Notes: generated by a model not told the origin, from the sequence alone. Positions 1 to 11,091 are shown, numbered from the stretch's first letter. The stretch is 42,496 nucleotides of DNA from a bacterium (GCA_049472335.1 JBLIRO010000043.1:1-42496), one strand, 5' to 3'. Made by a program: numbers and translations.

Positions 1-2940
1 GAGTTTAGACAAAAGCCGGGCCACTTCCACAATTCCGGCCTTGTGCCGGTCGTGAACGCTGATAAAAACGGAGCCGGACGTGGGCATTTTAAACCCGGTC
101 GCCATCTGCGATTTGGCAAATGCCAGACCGAAGGAATGATCGATGCCCATCACCTCGCCGGTGGATTTCATCTCCGGCCCGAGTATGGCATCCACACCCG
201 GAAATTTAATGAATGGGAATACGGACTCCTTCACAGTAAAATAATTAATCTCCTTTTCTCTTGTCAATCCTAGCTCGTTCAATGTCTTCCCGATCATGAC
301 CTTTGTTGCCAGATTTGCCAGGGGAACACCTATGGCCTTGCTTACAAAGGGAATGGTTCTGCTTGCCCTGGGATTTACCTCAAGAACATAAACCACATTG
401 TTTTTTACCGCATACTGGATATTCAAAAGTCCCTTTATGTTTAATTCCTTTGCCATGGCATATGTGTTTTCCTTGATCTGTTCAATGATATCCTTGTTGA
501 GGCTATACGGGGGGAGAACCATGGCGCTGTCCCCCGAATGGATGCCGGCCTGTTCAATATGCTCGAGAATCCCTCCGATCACGCAATGGTTTCCGTCGGA
601 GATGGCGTCAACATCCACTTCTATGGCATCCTCCAGAAATTTATCTATAAGGACCGGATGTTCAGGCGAAGCCTCCACTGCCTTATCCATAAAATCCTTC
701 AGGTCCTCATCATCGTAAACTATCTGCATCGCCCTTCCTCCAAGCACATAGGAAGGACGGACCACTACAGGGTATCCGATCCTTTTTGCGGCCTTTCTTG
801 CCCCTTCAAAGGATGTTGCTGTAAAATTATCGGGTTGAATGAGACCAAGCTTTTTAATCATCTGTTGGAAACGTTTTCTGTCTTCAGCCCTGTCTATGGA
901 GTCAGGAGTGGTCCCAAGGATTTTCACCCCCGCCCTTTCCAATGGGACACAGATATTCAGAGGGGTTTGACCTCCGAACTGTACAATCACACCCATAGGT
1001 TTTTCAAGGTCTACGACATTCAAAACATCTTCAACAGTAAGGGGCTCAAAATACAATTTATCAGAGGTATCATAATCCGTGGAAACAGTCTCCGGATTAC
1101 AATTTACCATGATACTCTCAATACCTTCTTCTTTCAATGCGTATGAGGCATGGCAGCAGCAATAATCAAATTCTATCCCCTGCCCTATCCTGTTCGGCCC
1201 CCCACCAAGGATACAGACCTTTTTGTTCCCTGAGGCCACGCTTTCGTTAAGGGCCTCATATGTTGAATAATAATAGGGTTGCTGTGCCTCAAATTCACCT
1301 GCGCAAGTGTCCACTAATTTGTAAACGGCCTTTATTCCTTTGTTTTTCCTGAATGAGCGAACCTTTTTTTCTGTTGAGTTAAGTAAAAAGGCGATCTGGA
1401 CATCAGAAAAGCCGAATCCCTTTGCCTTTTTCATCAAATGATTATGGAGGGATATTGGGTCCTTTGTATCTTTCCCCTGAAATCTTTTTATCTCCTCCTC
1501 CATTTCCACGATCTGTTTCATATTGTCAATGAACCACCTGTCAACTCTTGAAATATCATGGATTTCGTCAATCGTAAGGCCCAGTTTAAGGCCGTATCTT
1601 ATATAAAACAAACGCTCATCATTGGGAATCCTTATCTTTTGTTTTATTTCATTTATAAGATCCTGAGAGGGATCGTTAAGCATTTTATCCGTGATTTTGT
1701 CCTTTCCGTCCGAGCCTAATCCATATCTGCCGGTTTCAGTTGATCTTATCCCTTTTTGCAGGGCTTCCTTGAAATTTCTCCCTATGGACATTGCTTCCCC
1801 GACCGCTTTCATGGAGGTATTCAAAACATTTTTGGCCTTCGGGAACTTTTCAAATGTAAATCTGCAGATCTTGAATACGCAATAATCAACGGTAGGCTCG
1901 AAGAAAGAGGTTGTTTTCCCTGTGATCTGGTTGAGGACCTCGGGAAGTGTCAAACCAACAGCCAGCTTTGTGGCTACCCGCGCTATAGGAAATCCTGTCG
2001 CTTTGGATGCCAGGGCAGAGCTTCGGGAAAGCCTTGGATTCACTTCAATGATCACTATATGGCCATTATCGGGATTTTGCGCGAATTGGATGTTAGCGCC
2101 GCCTCCTGTAATCCCGATCTTTCTTATAATCTTTTTGGACAAATTGACAAATTGTGAGTATTCAACCCCGGTAAGGGACTGTGACGGGGCAACCACAATA
2201 CTGTCACCAGTGTGCACACCCATGGGATCCACATTTTCCATAGATGTGATCATGATGACATTATCAACGCAATCCCTCATTACCTCATATTCGATCTCCT
2301 TCCAGCCCAAAACTGATTGCTCCACGAGCACCTGAGAAACAGGACTGATCTCAAGTCCATTCGCTAAGAATTCCTCCAATTCCTCCTTGTTATATGCAGT
2401 TGAGCCTCCGCTTCCACCCAGGCAATAGGCAGGCCTTAAAATGAGAGGGAAGCCTATATTGAGCCCAATCCGCATACCCTCTTCAATGTTGACAGCTATG
2501 CCGCTTTTCGGGGTATCCACACCTATTTCCTGCATGGCTTTTTTAAAAAGGTCCCTGTCCTCCGCCCGTGAAATGGCTTCTACATCCGCTCCGATTGATT
2601 CTACACCGTATTCTTTCAGGATACCCTCTTTCATTAAGAAAAAGGCCAGGTTTAATCCGGTTTGTCCACCCAGGGTTGGTAAAATTGCATCCGGTCTTTC
2701 CTTCTTTATGATCTCAGTGAGAGCTTCAACAGTCAGAGGTTCTATATAGGTCGAGTCCGCCATGCCGGGATCGGTCATGATTGTTGCCGGATTGCTATTT
2801 ACAAGTATCGTGTAATACCCTTCTTCTCTTAATGCCTTGCATGCCTGAGATCCTGAATAGTCGAACTCACAAGCCTGACCGATTACAATAGGGCCTGATC
2901 CGATCATCAATATCTTTTTGATATCCCTTCGTTTAGGCAT
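1..2940 (-). CDS. carB: Carbamoyl-phosphate synthase large subunit, 3' end beyond window (980 codons visible)
   Basis: Not in the ORF track because no stop lies inside the window. Manual translation from ATG 2940 gives [37 protein letters not shown]...[11 protein letters not shown]...PTLGGQT; the same frame gives [28 protein letters not shown] (~1150-1330) and [12 protein letters not shown] (~150-190). Only segments were translated. Confidence 0.97.
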   Translation of the reverse strand, partial: MPKRRDIKKILMIGSGPIVIGQACEFDYSGSQACKALREEGYYTILVNSNPATIMTDPGMADSTYIEPLTVEALTEIIKKERPDAILPTLGGQTGLNLAFFLMKEGILKEYGVESIGADVEAISRAEDRDLFKKAMQEIGVDTPKSGIAVNIEEGMRIGLNIGFPLILRPAYCLGGSGGSTAYNKEELEEFLANGLEISPVSQVLVEQSVLGWKEIEYEVMRDCVDNVIMITSMENVDPMGVHTGDSIVVAPSQSLTGVEYSQFVNLSKKIIRKIGITGGGANIQFAQNPDNGHIVIIEVNPRLSRSSALASKATGFPIARVATKLAVGLTLPEVLNQITGKTTSFFEPTVDYCVFKICRFTFEKFPKAKNVLNTSMKAVGEAMSIGRNFKEALQKGIRSTETGRYGLGSDGKDKITDKMLNDPSQDLINEIKQKIRIPNDERLFYIRYGLKLGLTIDEIHDISRVDRWFIDNMKQIVEMEEEIKRFQGKDTKDPISLHNHLMKKAKGFGFSDVQIAFLLNSTEKKVRSFRKNKGIKAVYKLVDTCAGEFEAQQPYYYSTYEALNESVASGNKKVCILGGGPNRIGQGIEFDYCCCHASYALKEEGIESIMVNCNPETVSTDYDTSDKLYFEPLTVEDVLNVVDLEKPMGVIVQFGGQTPLNICVPLERAGVKILGTTPDSIDRAEDRKRFQQMIKKLGLIQPDNFTATSFEGARKAAKRIGYPVVVRPSYVLGGRAMQIVYDDEDLKDFMDKAVEASPEHPVLIDKFLEDAIEVDVDAISDGNHCVIGGILEHIEQAGIHSGDSAMVLPPYSLNKDIIEQIKENTYAMAKELNIKGLLNIQYAVKNNVVYVLEVNPRASRTIPFVSKAIGVPLANLATKVMIGKTLNELGLTREKEINYFTVKESVFPFIKFPGVDAILGPEMKSTGEVMGIDHSFGLAFAKSQMATGFKMPTSGSVFISVHDRHKAGIVEVARLLSKL

Positions 2941-2942
2941 CT

Positions 2943-5195
2943 CTATTTCCTTTTTTTAAATATTATCTTAGCAATAGAGTCTACCTTAGACTCTTTCAAC
3001 AATCTATCTGAAAGCCTTTTTGCCTCATTTAAACCAATACCTGAAATCACCTTTCTTATCTTTGGAAGATACATGGGCTCCAGGCTGAAAATCCTTATCC
3101 CTATGCCCAGCAAAAAGGGGATAAGCCCTTCATCATGAGCCATATCACCGCAGACGGATACCTCTATTTCATTTGCATTGGCCGTATCTGCCACCTTTTT
3201 TATGGATCTCAGTATAGACGGATGATAAGGCAGATATAATAAAGCCACCTTCTCGTTTGTCCTGTCAACGGCAAGCATATACTGAACAAAATCATTGGTG
3301 CCGATAGAGAAAAAATCCGCCTCCCTCGCGAAATCATCGATAATGTCGATTACTGAAGGAATTTCTATCATCATGCCCACCTGGGGCCTTTTATTATGAT
3401 CAATGCCTTCCCTTTGCAGCTCTTTTACACAATTCAGAATAGTGCCTTTCGCCTCCAGAAATTCGTCCAGAGATGAAATCATCGGAAACATGATTTTAAT
3501 CCTTGCACGGGCACCTGCACGGAGCATGGCACGAATTTGTTGCTTGAAGATGTCTTTGTTTTGAAGAGAAAACCGGATTGACCGCATTCCAAGAAAGGGA
3601 TTTTGTTCCTTAGTGTTTTGATAATAGGACAGAACCTTGTCCCCGCCTATATCGAGGGTTCTGAATGTTATTTCCTTCTCCGGCATGCCCTCGATCAATT
3701 TGTGGTAAACCACAAACTGTTCTTCTTCTGTAGGGAAATCGCTTCTGATCAGAAAAGGGAACTCAGACCGATAAAGACCGATTCCATCCGCCTGAAGCTC
3801 ACAGGCAAGCTTAAGATCTGTTAAAAGATTGATGTTGGCCATCAACCTTATCTCTTTTCCATCCCTGGTTTTAGCATTCGGATGCATAAGGCGCTTGTGA
3901 TCTATTAGCTTCAATCTGGCTTCATTCCTTTCTCTAAAGCGGGCCACAATCTCATCGGATGGATTTATATAAATATTGCCCACTTCCGCATCCAGCAAAA
4001 TTTTCGTATTCTCGGGAATTTCAAGTAGAGATGAGTTTTCGGCAATGACAAGAGGGATCTGAAGCGACCTGGCAAGTATAGAAAGATGGGAAGTGACACC
4101 ACCTGTTACAAGTATAATCCCCTTTACCCTTTCAGAAGAAAGTTTAAGGATATCTGAGGGGAAAAGATCTCCGGCCACAACAACTTTTTCTTTGCAATCA
4201 CCTATCTCTTTAGAGCCGGAAACAAGGTTTCTCATGATCCTTAATACAAGATCTTTAATATCCTGGACCTTTTCCCTGATATAAGGGCTCGGATTTTGAG
4301 AAAACATATCGATGTATTCCCTTGCAACATTTCTGACAACCAGGGGAGGGGATTCCCCCTCCATAATAAGACTTTTCATTTTACCGACAAACCCTTTATC
4401 CTTTAAAATCATTAAATGGGCCGTAAATATCAGTGATGCCACATCGGAAAGTTTTTCCTCTACCTGCTCCTGGAGGACTTCAAGTTGTGTTTCACTCAAT
4501 CTCAGGGCATTTTCAAAATCCTCCATAGTGAATTCCCTGTCGAAAGTCATATTGAGCAGTAAGTCGAAGGCTTTTTCATTATCCAGTACAGTGGCATCTG
4601 AATACGCAAAACCCTCGGAAGCTACCTTGGCTTTGATAAGTTTTTTGTCTTTTAATGGATCATGATATGTTGTTTTTTGAATCCTTGGGTTCAGTTTCAT
4701 CAGAAGTCTGGCGTTTTCGATAATAGCCGCAAGCTGTGATGAAACCGCACGCATGGCCAATATGTCATGTTTTTTGAAACAGACCTTTTTCTCGCGCTGA
4801 ACAATAAGAACACCTATTTTGGTTATCCCGCGCAATATGGGTACAGCCAGAAAAGCCTCATATCGCTCTTCAAATATACCGGGGAAAAATTTATATTTCG
4901 GATGCTCACTGCCGATCCTTTCACAAATGGGCATAGGCCCTTTCAATGCAAAACCCGCGATCCCTTCTCCCAGTTTCAGCCTTACATTATCTATGGAATC
5001 AGGATTAAGTCCTTTCGTGGCCTTTAGAATCAATTCCTCCTTCTCCTCGTTATATAGATAAATGGAACATACATCTGCCTTCATATGTTTGGCAACCATC
5101 TCCACTATCTTTTGAAGTATGGTCTCAATACTTGCACTGGTTGCAAAAATTCCGCTTAATTCGCCTATATCATATATTAATTGCACATGGTCCAT
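2943..5195 (-). CDS. ptsP: GAF-domain PEP-protein phosphotransferase (Enzyme I-Ntr)
   Basis: 750 aa; N-terminal GAF (ADVCSIYLY...ATKGLN...AVPIL), phospho-His motif [55 protein letters not shown]. Confidence 0.95.
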   Translation of the reverse strand: MDHVQLIYDIGELSGIFATSASIETILQKIVEMVAKHMKADVCSIYLYNEEKEELILKATKGLNPDSIDNVRLKLGEGIAGFALKGPMPICERIGSEHPKYKFFPGIFEERYEAFLAVPILRGITKIGVLIVQREKKVCFKKHDILAMRAVSSQLAAIIENARLLMKLNPRIQKTTYHDPLKDKKLIKAKVASEGFAYSDATVLDNEKAFDLLLNMTFDREFTMEDFENALRLSETQLEVLQEQVEEKLSDVASLIFTAHLMILKDKGFVGKMKSLIMEGESPPLVVRNVAREYIDMFSQNPSPYIREKVQDIKDLVLRIMRNLVSGSKEIGDCKEKVVVAGDLFPSDILKLSSERVKGIILVTGGVTSHLSILARSLQIPLVIAENSSLLEIPENTKILLDAEVGNIYINPSDEIVARFRERNEARLKLIDHKRLMHPNAKTRDGKEIRLMANINLLTDLKLACELQADGIGLYRSEFPFLIRSDFPTEEEQFVVYHKLIEGMPEKEITFRTLDIGGDKVLSYYQNTKEQNPFLGMRSIRFSLQNKDIFKQQIRAMLRAGARARIKIMFPMISSLDEFLEAKGTILNCVKELQREGIDHNKRPQVGMMIEIPSVIDIIDDFAREADFFSIGTNDFVQYMLAVDRTNEKVALLYLPYHPSILRSIKKVADTANANEIEVSVCGDMAHDEGLIPFLLGIGIRIFSLEPMYLPKIRKVISGIGLNEAKRLSDRLLKESKVDSIAKIIFKKRK

Positions 5196-5264
5196 TGATA
5201 TCTATTCCTGGCACAATCAATCTGAATTAACATGGATTATAGAAAGGATCCGAAGTTTTTAAAC

Positions 5265-6356
5265 CTAATGGTTGCCTCTTTTGTCTATGATTCTAAAAAA
5301 CCTTATAAATAGATCATTAACCTCATTAAATCCTGGACTTACAGGGTAGTACTGTGCGGAAATAAAACCCAGATCCCCGCTTTCCATCTCCTCTATGGAA
5401 TTATCATTGATATTGCGTGAGGTGATCCTGATATGATCAATTTCCTTAATGGACTCATCATCCAAAACCCAGGAATGATTTTGTACCGTAATTTCACCTT
5501 TATTATTCGAGGTATACGAAGAAACCGGATAATTGACACCATGGTGACCCACCTTCATCTTTCTTCTCTCGGCGCCCAGGGCCAAGCCTATGATCTCATG
5601 GCCTAAGGAAATACCCAGGACAGGCAGCTTGCCCATCAATTTCCTTACCATCTCAACAATTTGTGGCACTGCATCATCCTCTTCAGGGCCATTTGAGATG
5701 ATCAATCCGTCAAGATTGAGAGATAGAATATCCCGCTCATCTAAGTTGTAAGGAATAAGAGTAATATTAGATCCCAGATTCTTTAATTGATCAATAAAAT
5801 CCTTTAAAACCCCCAGATCAAGAATACCGATTCTCTTTCCTGAAGGGGCTTTTTGGCATTCATAGACCTCCTTTACGGATATTTTTTTTATATATTGAGT
5901 TTTTCTATTTTTTTTGTAATCTTTCAGCCGCTTTAGCAATTCCACTTTTCCCGTAATGTTGTCGGATAGAATACCCAGCATTTCACCCTTTTCTCTTATG
6001 GATACAGCTACAGTCCTTGTATCGATTTCACTTATAGCGACTATATCTTCCTTTTTTAAAAAGCTTCCCAATGCTTCCTCTGACTGCCAATTGGAGGTGA
6101 TCCTGCTTTCCTCTTTAATTACGAGTCCGTTTAGTAAGCATTTATCAGATTCTGAAAATTTCCCTGCCATTCCATAATTGCCTATCAAAGGATAAGTAAG
6201 GACAAGGATCTTTCCTGCATTTGCCGAATCGGTCATAATCTCCTGATATCCGACCACAGCAGTATTTAGTACTACCTCTCCTGGCCTTTCTCCTTTAGCA
6301 CCTATATACAAACCTTCATAATGACTTCCGTCTTCTAAAACGAGGATTCCTTTCAT
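5265..6356 (-). CDS. carA: Carbamoyl-phosphate synthase small subunit homolog, glutaminase triad substituted
   Basis: LVLEDGS, GEVVLNT..GYQE..TD, LTYPLIGNYG, ISNGP, GHHGVNYPV, ITVQNH identify CarA; GISLGHE stands for GICLGHQ and QYYPVSPG for QxHPEASPG. Confidence 0.92.
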   Translation of the reverse strand: MKGILVLEDGSHYEGLYIGAKGERPGEVVLNTAVVGYQEIMTDSANAGKILVLTYPLIGNYGMAGKFSESDKCLLNGLVIKEESRITSNWQSEEALGSFLKKEDIVAISEIDTRTVAVSIREKGEMLGILSDNITGKVELLKRLKDYKKNRKTQYIKKISVKEVYECQKAPSGKRIGILDLGVLKDFIDQLKNLGSNITLIPYNLDERDILSLNLDGLIISNGPEEDDAVPQIVEMVRKLMGKLPVLGISLGHEIIGLALGAERRKMKVGHHGVNYPVSSYTSNNKGEITVQNHSWVLDDESIKEIDHIRITSRNINDNSIEEMESGDLGFISAQYYPVSPGFNEVNDLFIRFFRIIDKRGNH

Positions 6357-6382
6357 AGCGTCTCCCAGATCACCATATATTT

Positions 6383-6408
6383 TTTATTAATCCGATTTAT
6401 TAATCCGA
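6383..6408. repeat. Perfect 13-bp tandem duplication TTTATTAATCCGA x2 upstream of carA
   Basis: 6383-6395 and 6396-6408 are identical. Confidence 0.85.
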
Positions 6409-6476
6409 AATTAAATTACTACCCAGAAAATCAGAGTGAAAAATTTAACCTTTTTTTATCAGTTCATTAACAGAAT

Positions 6477-7427
6477 CTAAAGCCTTGAGACCGGAAAGGA
6501 CATTACTTCCTCGATGCTTCGTTCACCGGTCAAGGCCATGATGAGTCTGTCAAGTCCCAAAGCTATTCCCGCGCAAGGAGGTAAAGATTCCTTTTCCAAT
6601 GCTTGAATAAATCTTTGATCCAATGAATGAATATCTTTCCCCATCTCCCTCCTTCGCTCCTGCGAATCTTGAAACCTTTTTCTGTTTTCCTGCGGATCGG
6701 TAAGCTCTGAGAATGCATTGGCAATCTCAAGTCCGTTAAGATAAAGCTCAAACCTTTCAGCCTGATATGAATTATCGGACTTAAGCCTCGCCAGACTGGC
6801 AACTGGAGCAGGGAAATTGTATATGATTATGGCAGGTATTGAACAAATATGCGGTTCTATCTTTTCGATGAAGTCCAGAAAAAACCTATTCTCGTCCCAG
6901 CAAAGAGATGGAACCCAACCGGCATAAGCCTCAAAAAGCTCGTCCACTTCATATCTAGGAAAAGGATCTGAGCCGAGTTTTAAGTTATCTTCCCCTGAAT
7001 CTCTTACCACTTCGACCAAATCCCTGACTAAGGTCTCTATTTCGTCCATTAAATAATAATAATCCTTCTCTGTGTGATACCATTCAAGTATATTGAATTC
7101 AGGATTATGAAGCTCTCCCTGTTCTCCTTTTCTGAATGCCTTGGTGAACTGGAATATTCTCTTCATCCCCATACCCAATAGCCTTTTCATTTGTAACTCC
7201 GGGGATGTGGCAAGATACATTTTCCCTTCCACTGAAATTGCATCAATATGCGGATCTACACCCGGGCATGGGACTAGAACGGGTGTTTCTACCTCTACAT
7301 AATCCCTTTGGGCAAAAAAAATCCTTATTTGCCTGTATACATTATGCCTTATTAGAATATTTTTAAGGATAGGATCGTTATACCGGTTATATTGAAGCTT
7401 CGACTTTTTCGTTGCGATCCGTGTCAC
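6477..7427 (-). CDS. epmA: EF-P lysine aminoacylase (EpmA/GenX/PoxA)
   Basis: Stand-alone LysRS-like catalytic domain: VEVETP, YLATSPELQMKRLL, HNPEF..LEWY, ERFELY..GLEIANAFSELTDP, GIALGLDRL; GTG start overlaps the efp stop. Confidence 0.95.
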   Translation of the reverse strand: MTRIATKKSKLQYNRYNDPILKNILIRHNVYRQIRIFFAQRDYVEVETPVLVPCPGVDPHIDAISVEGKMYLATSPELQMKRLLGMGMKRIFQFTKAFRKGEQGELHNPEFNILEWYHTEKDYYYLMDEIETLVRDLVEVVRDSGEDNLKLGSDPFPRYEVDELFEAYAGWVPSLCWDENRFFLDFIEKIEPHICSIPAIIIYNFPAPVASLARLKSDNSYQAERFELYLNGLEIANAFSELTDPQENRKRFQDSQERRREMGKDIHSLDQRFIQALEKESLPPCAGIALGLDRLIMALTGERSIEEVMSFPVSRL

Positions 7428-7987
7428 TTTTTAACACGTTCCACATATGCCCCGGTTCTTGTATCCACCAGTATCCAGTCTCCTTCATTGATAAAAAAAG
7501 GCACCTGAATCTTGGCTCCTGTATGCATAATTGCAGGCTTGCTTCCCCCTGATGCAGTATCTCCTTTGACGCCGGGTTCAGTTTCCATAATTTGAAGCTC
7601 AACAAAATTTGGAAGATTAATACCTATAGGTCGCCCTTTGAAAAATAAAACCTCAACCTCTAAATTTTCAACAAAAAAATCCTTTGCGTCTCCAACCTGA
7701 TTTTCATCCATCTCGATTTGTTCATAGGTCTCTGTATTCATGAAGTGATATCTGTTGTCCAAGCTATATAGGAATTGCATATTATGTGCTTCAAGGGATG
7801 CTTCTTCTATCTTTTCGCCCGATCTGAATGTTTTATCCAAGACATTTCCCGTAATCATATTTTTAAGTCTGGTGCGTGTAAAAGCAACTCCTTTACCTGG
7901 TTTTACAAACTGGAAGTCAATTACTATATAAGGATCTCCGTCGATTTGAATCTTCAAATTTTTTCTAATATCCGATGTCTCATACAT
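7424..7987 (-). CDS. efp: Elongation factor P (Lys-type PGKG loop)
   Basis: FVKPGKGVAFTRTRLKN, EPGVKGDTASGGSKPA, VDTRTGAYVER. Confidence 0.98.
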   Translation of the reverse strand: MYETSDIRKNLKIQIDGDPYIVIDFQFVKPGKGVAFTRTRLKNMITGNVLDKTFRSGEKIEEASLEAHNMQFLYSLDNRYHFMNTETYEQIEMDENQVGDAKDFFVENLEVEVLFFKGRPIGINLPNFVELQIMETEPGVKGDTASGGSKPAIMHTGAKIQVPFFINEGDWILVDTRTGAYVERVKK

Positions 7988-8097
7988 ATTTTGCTCTCCA
8001 CAAATTTTACTCTTTGTACATGAGATTTTAATTGTTTAAAGTGCACACTTCTTTATTAATGCAATCGGAGCCAAGTTTTGAAATATTGACAAAGAGA

Positions 8098-8961
8098 TTA
8101 CTTAATTCTTTCTAATTGTTCCCTGGCCATCCCAGCCTGTTCAGACTGAGGATAATGCAGAATCAGATTTTCAAATATTATCCTTGCTTCCTCTTTCTTG
8201 TCGAGTTTCAGAAAAGAGAGGGCTTGTTTGAAAAGGGCGGAAGGAACCTTGTCCCCAGAAGGATATTCGTTTTTAACCCTCTCATATTCAAGGATGGCCT
8301 CTTCATATTCATTCTTTCTGTAATAACATTCACCTATCCAGAAGCGGGCATTATCGGAAAATTTCCCTTTTGGAAACCTCTCAAGAAAGGAACTGAATTG
8401 CTCACGTGCTTTATCGAATTGTCCCTGCTTAAAAGTGTCATAGGCCAGATTATAAAAAGATTCCTCATTTAAATCCTCTACGTCATAGGCAGTCTGTGAG
8501 GACTTAACCATCTGGGCGTTTTGAACGGCATTCATCTCTTTGGAGATCTTTTTAATGGCACTTTCCATCCTTTCAAGATCCATGAGGATCTTTTCATTCT
8601 CGCTCAAAGTATCGGAAATGGATCGGTCTAATAACTGTCTATAATCTTCCAGCTTTGCCTCCAGGGTTAAAATCTGTTCATGAATAAACTTTATCTGAGC
8701 ATCCATATCAGCAAGACGTGTAAATAAATCCTGTAACTCATTTTCAAGGCTTGAATCCTTTTTCTTCAGCTCGTCAACCACCCTTTTAAGGTTTTCAGAC
8801 CTTTCGGCCTGATCATGGATTCTCCTGTTTGTCAGGACAAGATCCTGGGTGGATGCGCAGCCAAAGAACAGGATGCTTATAAAAAAAGGCGCTAAAAACA
8901 GGAATTTTACCGAACAGAAAAATTTACCAAAAAAACCTAATCTTGAATAATGTTTAAACAT
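8098..8961 (-). CDS. cpoB: Tol-Pal system protein CpoB/YbgF (probable lipoprotein)
   Basis: Lipobox-like FFGC, coiled coil, C-terminal TPRs (DNARFWIGECYY, KVPSALFK, YPQSEQA); downstream of pal. Confidence 0.9.
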   Translation of the reverse strand: MFKHYSRLGFFGKFFCSVKFLFLAPFFISILFFGCASTQDLVLTNRRIHDQAERSENLKRVVDELKKKDSSLENELQDLFTRLADMDAQIKFIHEQILTLEAKLEDYRQLLDRSISDTLSENEKILMDLERMESAIKKISKEMNAVQNAQMVKSSQTAYDVEDLNEESFYNLAYDTFKQGQFDKAREQFSSFLERFPKGKFSDNARFWIGECYYRKNEYEEAILEYERVKNEYPSGDKVPSALFKQALSFLKLDKKEEARIIFENLILHYPQSEQAGMAREQLERIK

Positions 8962-9063
8962 ATCTTGCCATTTTGAAGGTTAATGTTTTAGCTAAATTAA
9001 ATAAAATTATAGAACTAATACAGCCTGTCTTTGCAAAGCTTATTATTTTATAATCAGTTTATA

Positions 9064-9654
9064 TTAATTTTTTGTCAAAATAATAAAATGGGCCCTTCTG
9101 TTCTTGGACCAGGCTTCTTCATTACTTCTGTCATCTATAGGCATCTCTTCTCCATAGCTGATTGTCGATAAAATTCCATCAGGCACTCCCAGTGAGGTTA
9201 AATAATTCTTGACACTGGCAGCCCTTCTCTCACCAAGTGCCAGATTATATTCCTTCGTTCCCCTTTCATCGCAATGACCTTCAATCTGAATAATGCTTTT
9301 GGGCATTTTTTTCAGGATGTTCGCATTATCTGCCAGAATTTTTCGCGCTTCAGGAGTAATATCATAACGGTCAAATTCAAAATGACAGTCTTTGAGTAAA
9401 GGTGTTTCCATAAATTCACCTTCAATACCCTGGTAGGTTTTTTTGCTGACGGTTGAATCGATTTTTTCTGTGTCTATTTTGGAGGGTGACTCCTTAAAAA
9501 ATTCCTCCTGTTTTTGAGATGATTCTTCAAGGGGCTCCACCGGCGGCAAGCCTGCCAGCTCTTTTTGTTGAACAGGAGCACACCCCTCCAAAAAACAAAT
9601 CAATAATACAATAGTAATCATACCTGCAAGATGCTTAATTCTGCAAGAAAACAT
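9064..9654 (-). CDS. pal: Peptidoglycan-associated lipoprotein Pal
   Basis: LEGC lipobox; IEGHCDERGTKEYNLALGERRA, ISYGEE, AWSKNRRA; start moved to ATG 9654, which has AGGAGG upstream. Confidence 0.95.
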   Translation of the reverse strand: MFSCRIKHLAGMITIVLLICFLEGCAPVQQKELAGLPPVEPLEESSQKQEEFFKESPSKIDTEKIDSTVSKKTYQGIEGEFMETPLLKDCHFEFDRYDITPEARKILADNANILKKMPKSIIQIEGHCDERGTKEYNLALGERRAASVKNYLTSLGVPDGILSTISYGEEMPIDDRSNEEAWSKNRRAHFIILTKN

Positions 9655-9729
9655 TAAAATACCTCCTTTCAAAAATTGATCAAATAATAAATACACATTT
9701 TTCATTCTTGGCCGAACCCCGTTTTATGT

Positions 9730-11091
9730 TTACAAAAAATATGGAGACCAATCAGGTTCTGTTTCCTCAAATTCAGAGAAAGTGATCCGTCTTAGATTGG
9801 CTCCATTGGCATTGATACAGTAAATATCAGAATTGCCTGAACGGTTTGAGCTAAAAGCAATAAAGCGCCCATCCGGAGACCATGTCGGGTCCTCGTTATT
9901 ACCTGAATTTCTCGTTAACTGTCTTAAGTCTTTGCCGTCAGAGGTACAGGTAAAAATATCAAATTTTCCGTCTGTCATACCACAGAATGCGATACGGTCC
10001 CCCAAAGGAGACCAGTCTGGTGAAGCATTATAATTTCCTTTAAAAGTTATCCTATTGAGATCCCTTCCATTCGACCTGATTGTATAAATCTGAGGGTTGC
10101 CGGAACGGTCTGATATAAAAGCCAGCATCCGCCCATCCGGGGACCAGGTCGGAGATGACTCATTTCCGCCTCTTGTAGTTAAAAAGACCGGACTATCTGT
10201 TTTCAAGATATCTATGATTGCAATTCCGGTTCTGTCACCTCTGCGCAACATCAAAGCGATCTTGGTGCCGTCCGGGGACCAGGCAGGGGCGGCATTCACT
10301 CCATCCCGTGAAGACAGGATTGTATAATTGTTTTTTGAAAGATTATATACATAAAGGTTTGGATTCCTTTTTCGAAAACAGGTATAAGCAATATTTTTAC
10401 CATTTGGGGACCACTCAGGAGCCAGACAGATGGATTCGTGTCTGGTCAACATAGTCAATCCATGACCATCGAAATCGATATTATAGATTTCCTTTACTCT
10501 GTTACGATTTCTTACAAAAGCAATCTTTGTATGGGCAACGCCAACTTGGCCGGTCAGATGAAACGTTATCTCATCAGCCATTCGATGTGAAATATTCCTT
10601 ATTTCTTCCGGAGTTCCTCCATATTTAAGACCGGTTACAAATGATTGCTCGACAAGATCGAAAAGTCGGAAAAAGGCTTCTATTCTGTCTTCTTTTTGAA
10701 TTACACCACCATTTACAAGCGCTTCACTGGGGTGATTCATCCATGGGGTAAGATCAACGGAATCGGGATCCTTTAATGATTCCAATGCGCCGGGCGGGAA
10801 GGACTCCGGCCCGCTCACCTCAAAAAAACCGGAAATCTCGAGATCATTTACCAAGGTATCCCTTATCTGATTTGCTGTGGTCTGATTTGCTCTGCCGGAG
10901 AATGAAAATGGAGCTATTGCAATGGGAAAAGGAACAAGCTCCGGACCAAATATGTCAATCCTGATACGACGTCCCCAGGAATTTGTGACGAAAAGGCAAA
11001 AAAGGAGTAATGAAAATAAAACAGAAATCTTGTATGTTTTTTTTAACATGTTTTTCATATTAAATGAGAAAAATGGATTCGTGAAGTCCAT
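9730..11091 (-). CDS. tolB: Tol-Pal beta-propeller protein TolB (true start may be slightly downstream)
   Basis: PIAIAPF, DLEISGFF N-domain; repeated PxWSPDG PD40 blades; upstream of pal. Confidence 0.93.
   Translation of the reverse strand: MDFTNPFFSFNMKNMLKKTYKISVLFSLLLFCLFVTNSWGRRIRIDIFGPELVPFPIAIAPFSFSGRANQTTANQIRDTLVNDLEISGFFEVSGPESFPPGALESLKDPDSVDLTPWMNHPSEALVNGGVIQKEDRIEAFFRLFDLVEQSFVTGLKYGGTPEEIRNISHRMADEITFHLTGQVGVAHTKIAFVRNRNRVKEIYNIDFDGHGLTMLTRHESICLAPEWSPNGKNIAYTCFRKRNPNLYVYNLSKNNYTILSSRDGVNAAPAWSPDGTKIALMLRRGDRTGIAIIDILKTDSPVFLTTRGGNESSPTWSPDGRMLAFISDRSGNPQIYTIRSNGRDLNRITFKGNYNASPDWSPLGDRIAFCGMTDGKFDIFTCTSDGKDLRQLTRNSGNNEDPTWSPDGRFIAFSSNRSGNSDIYCINANGANLRRITFSEFEETEPDWSPYFL

Noticed and set aside
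43..2749. Plus-strand ORFs (43-273, 398-718, 538-1146, 1691-1885, 1756-2157, 1922-2335, 2441-2749)
   Set aside because: Antisense shadows of carB, which the ORF track missed; no recognisable motifs
5265..6356. Calling carA a pseudogene
   Set aside because: Full length, no frameshift or internal stop, structural motifs kept; changes concentrate on catalytic residues
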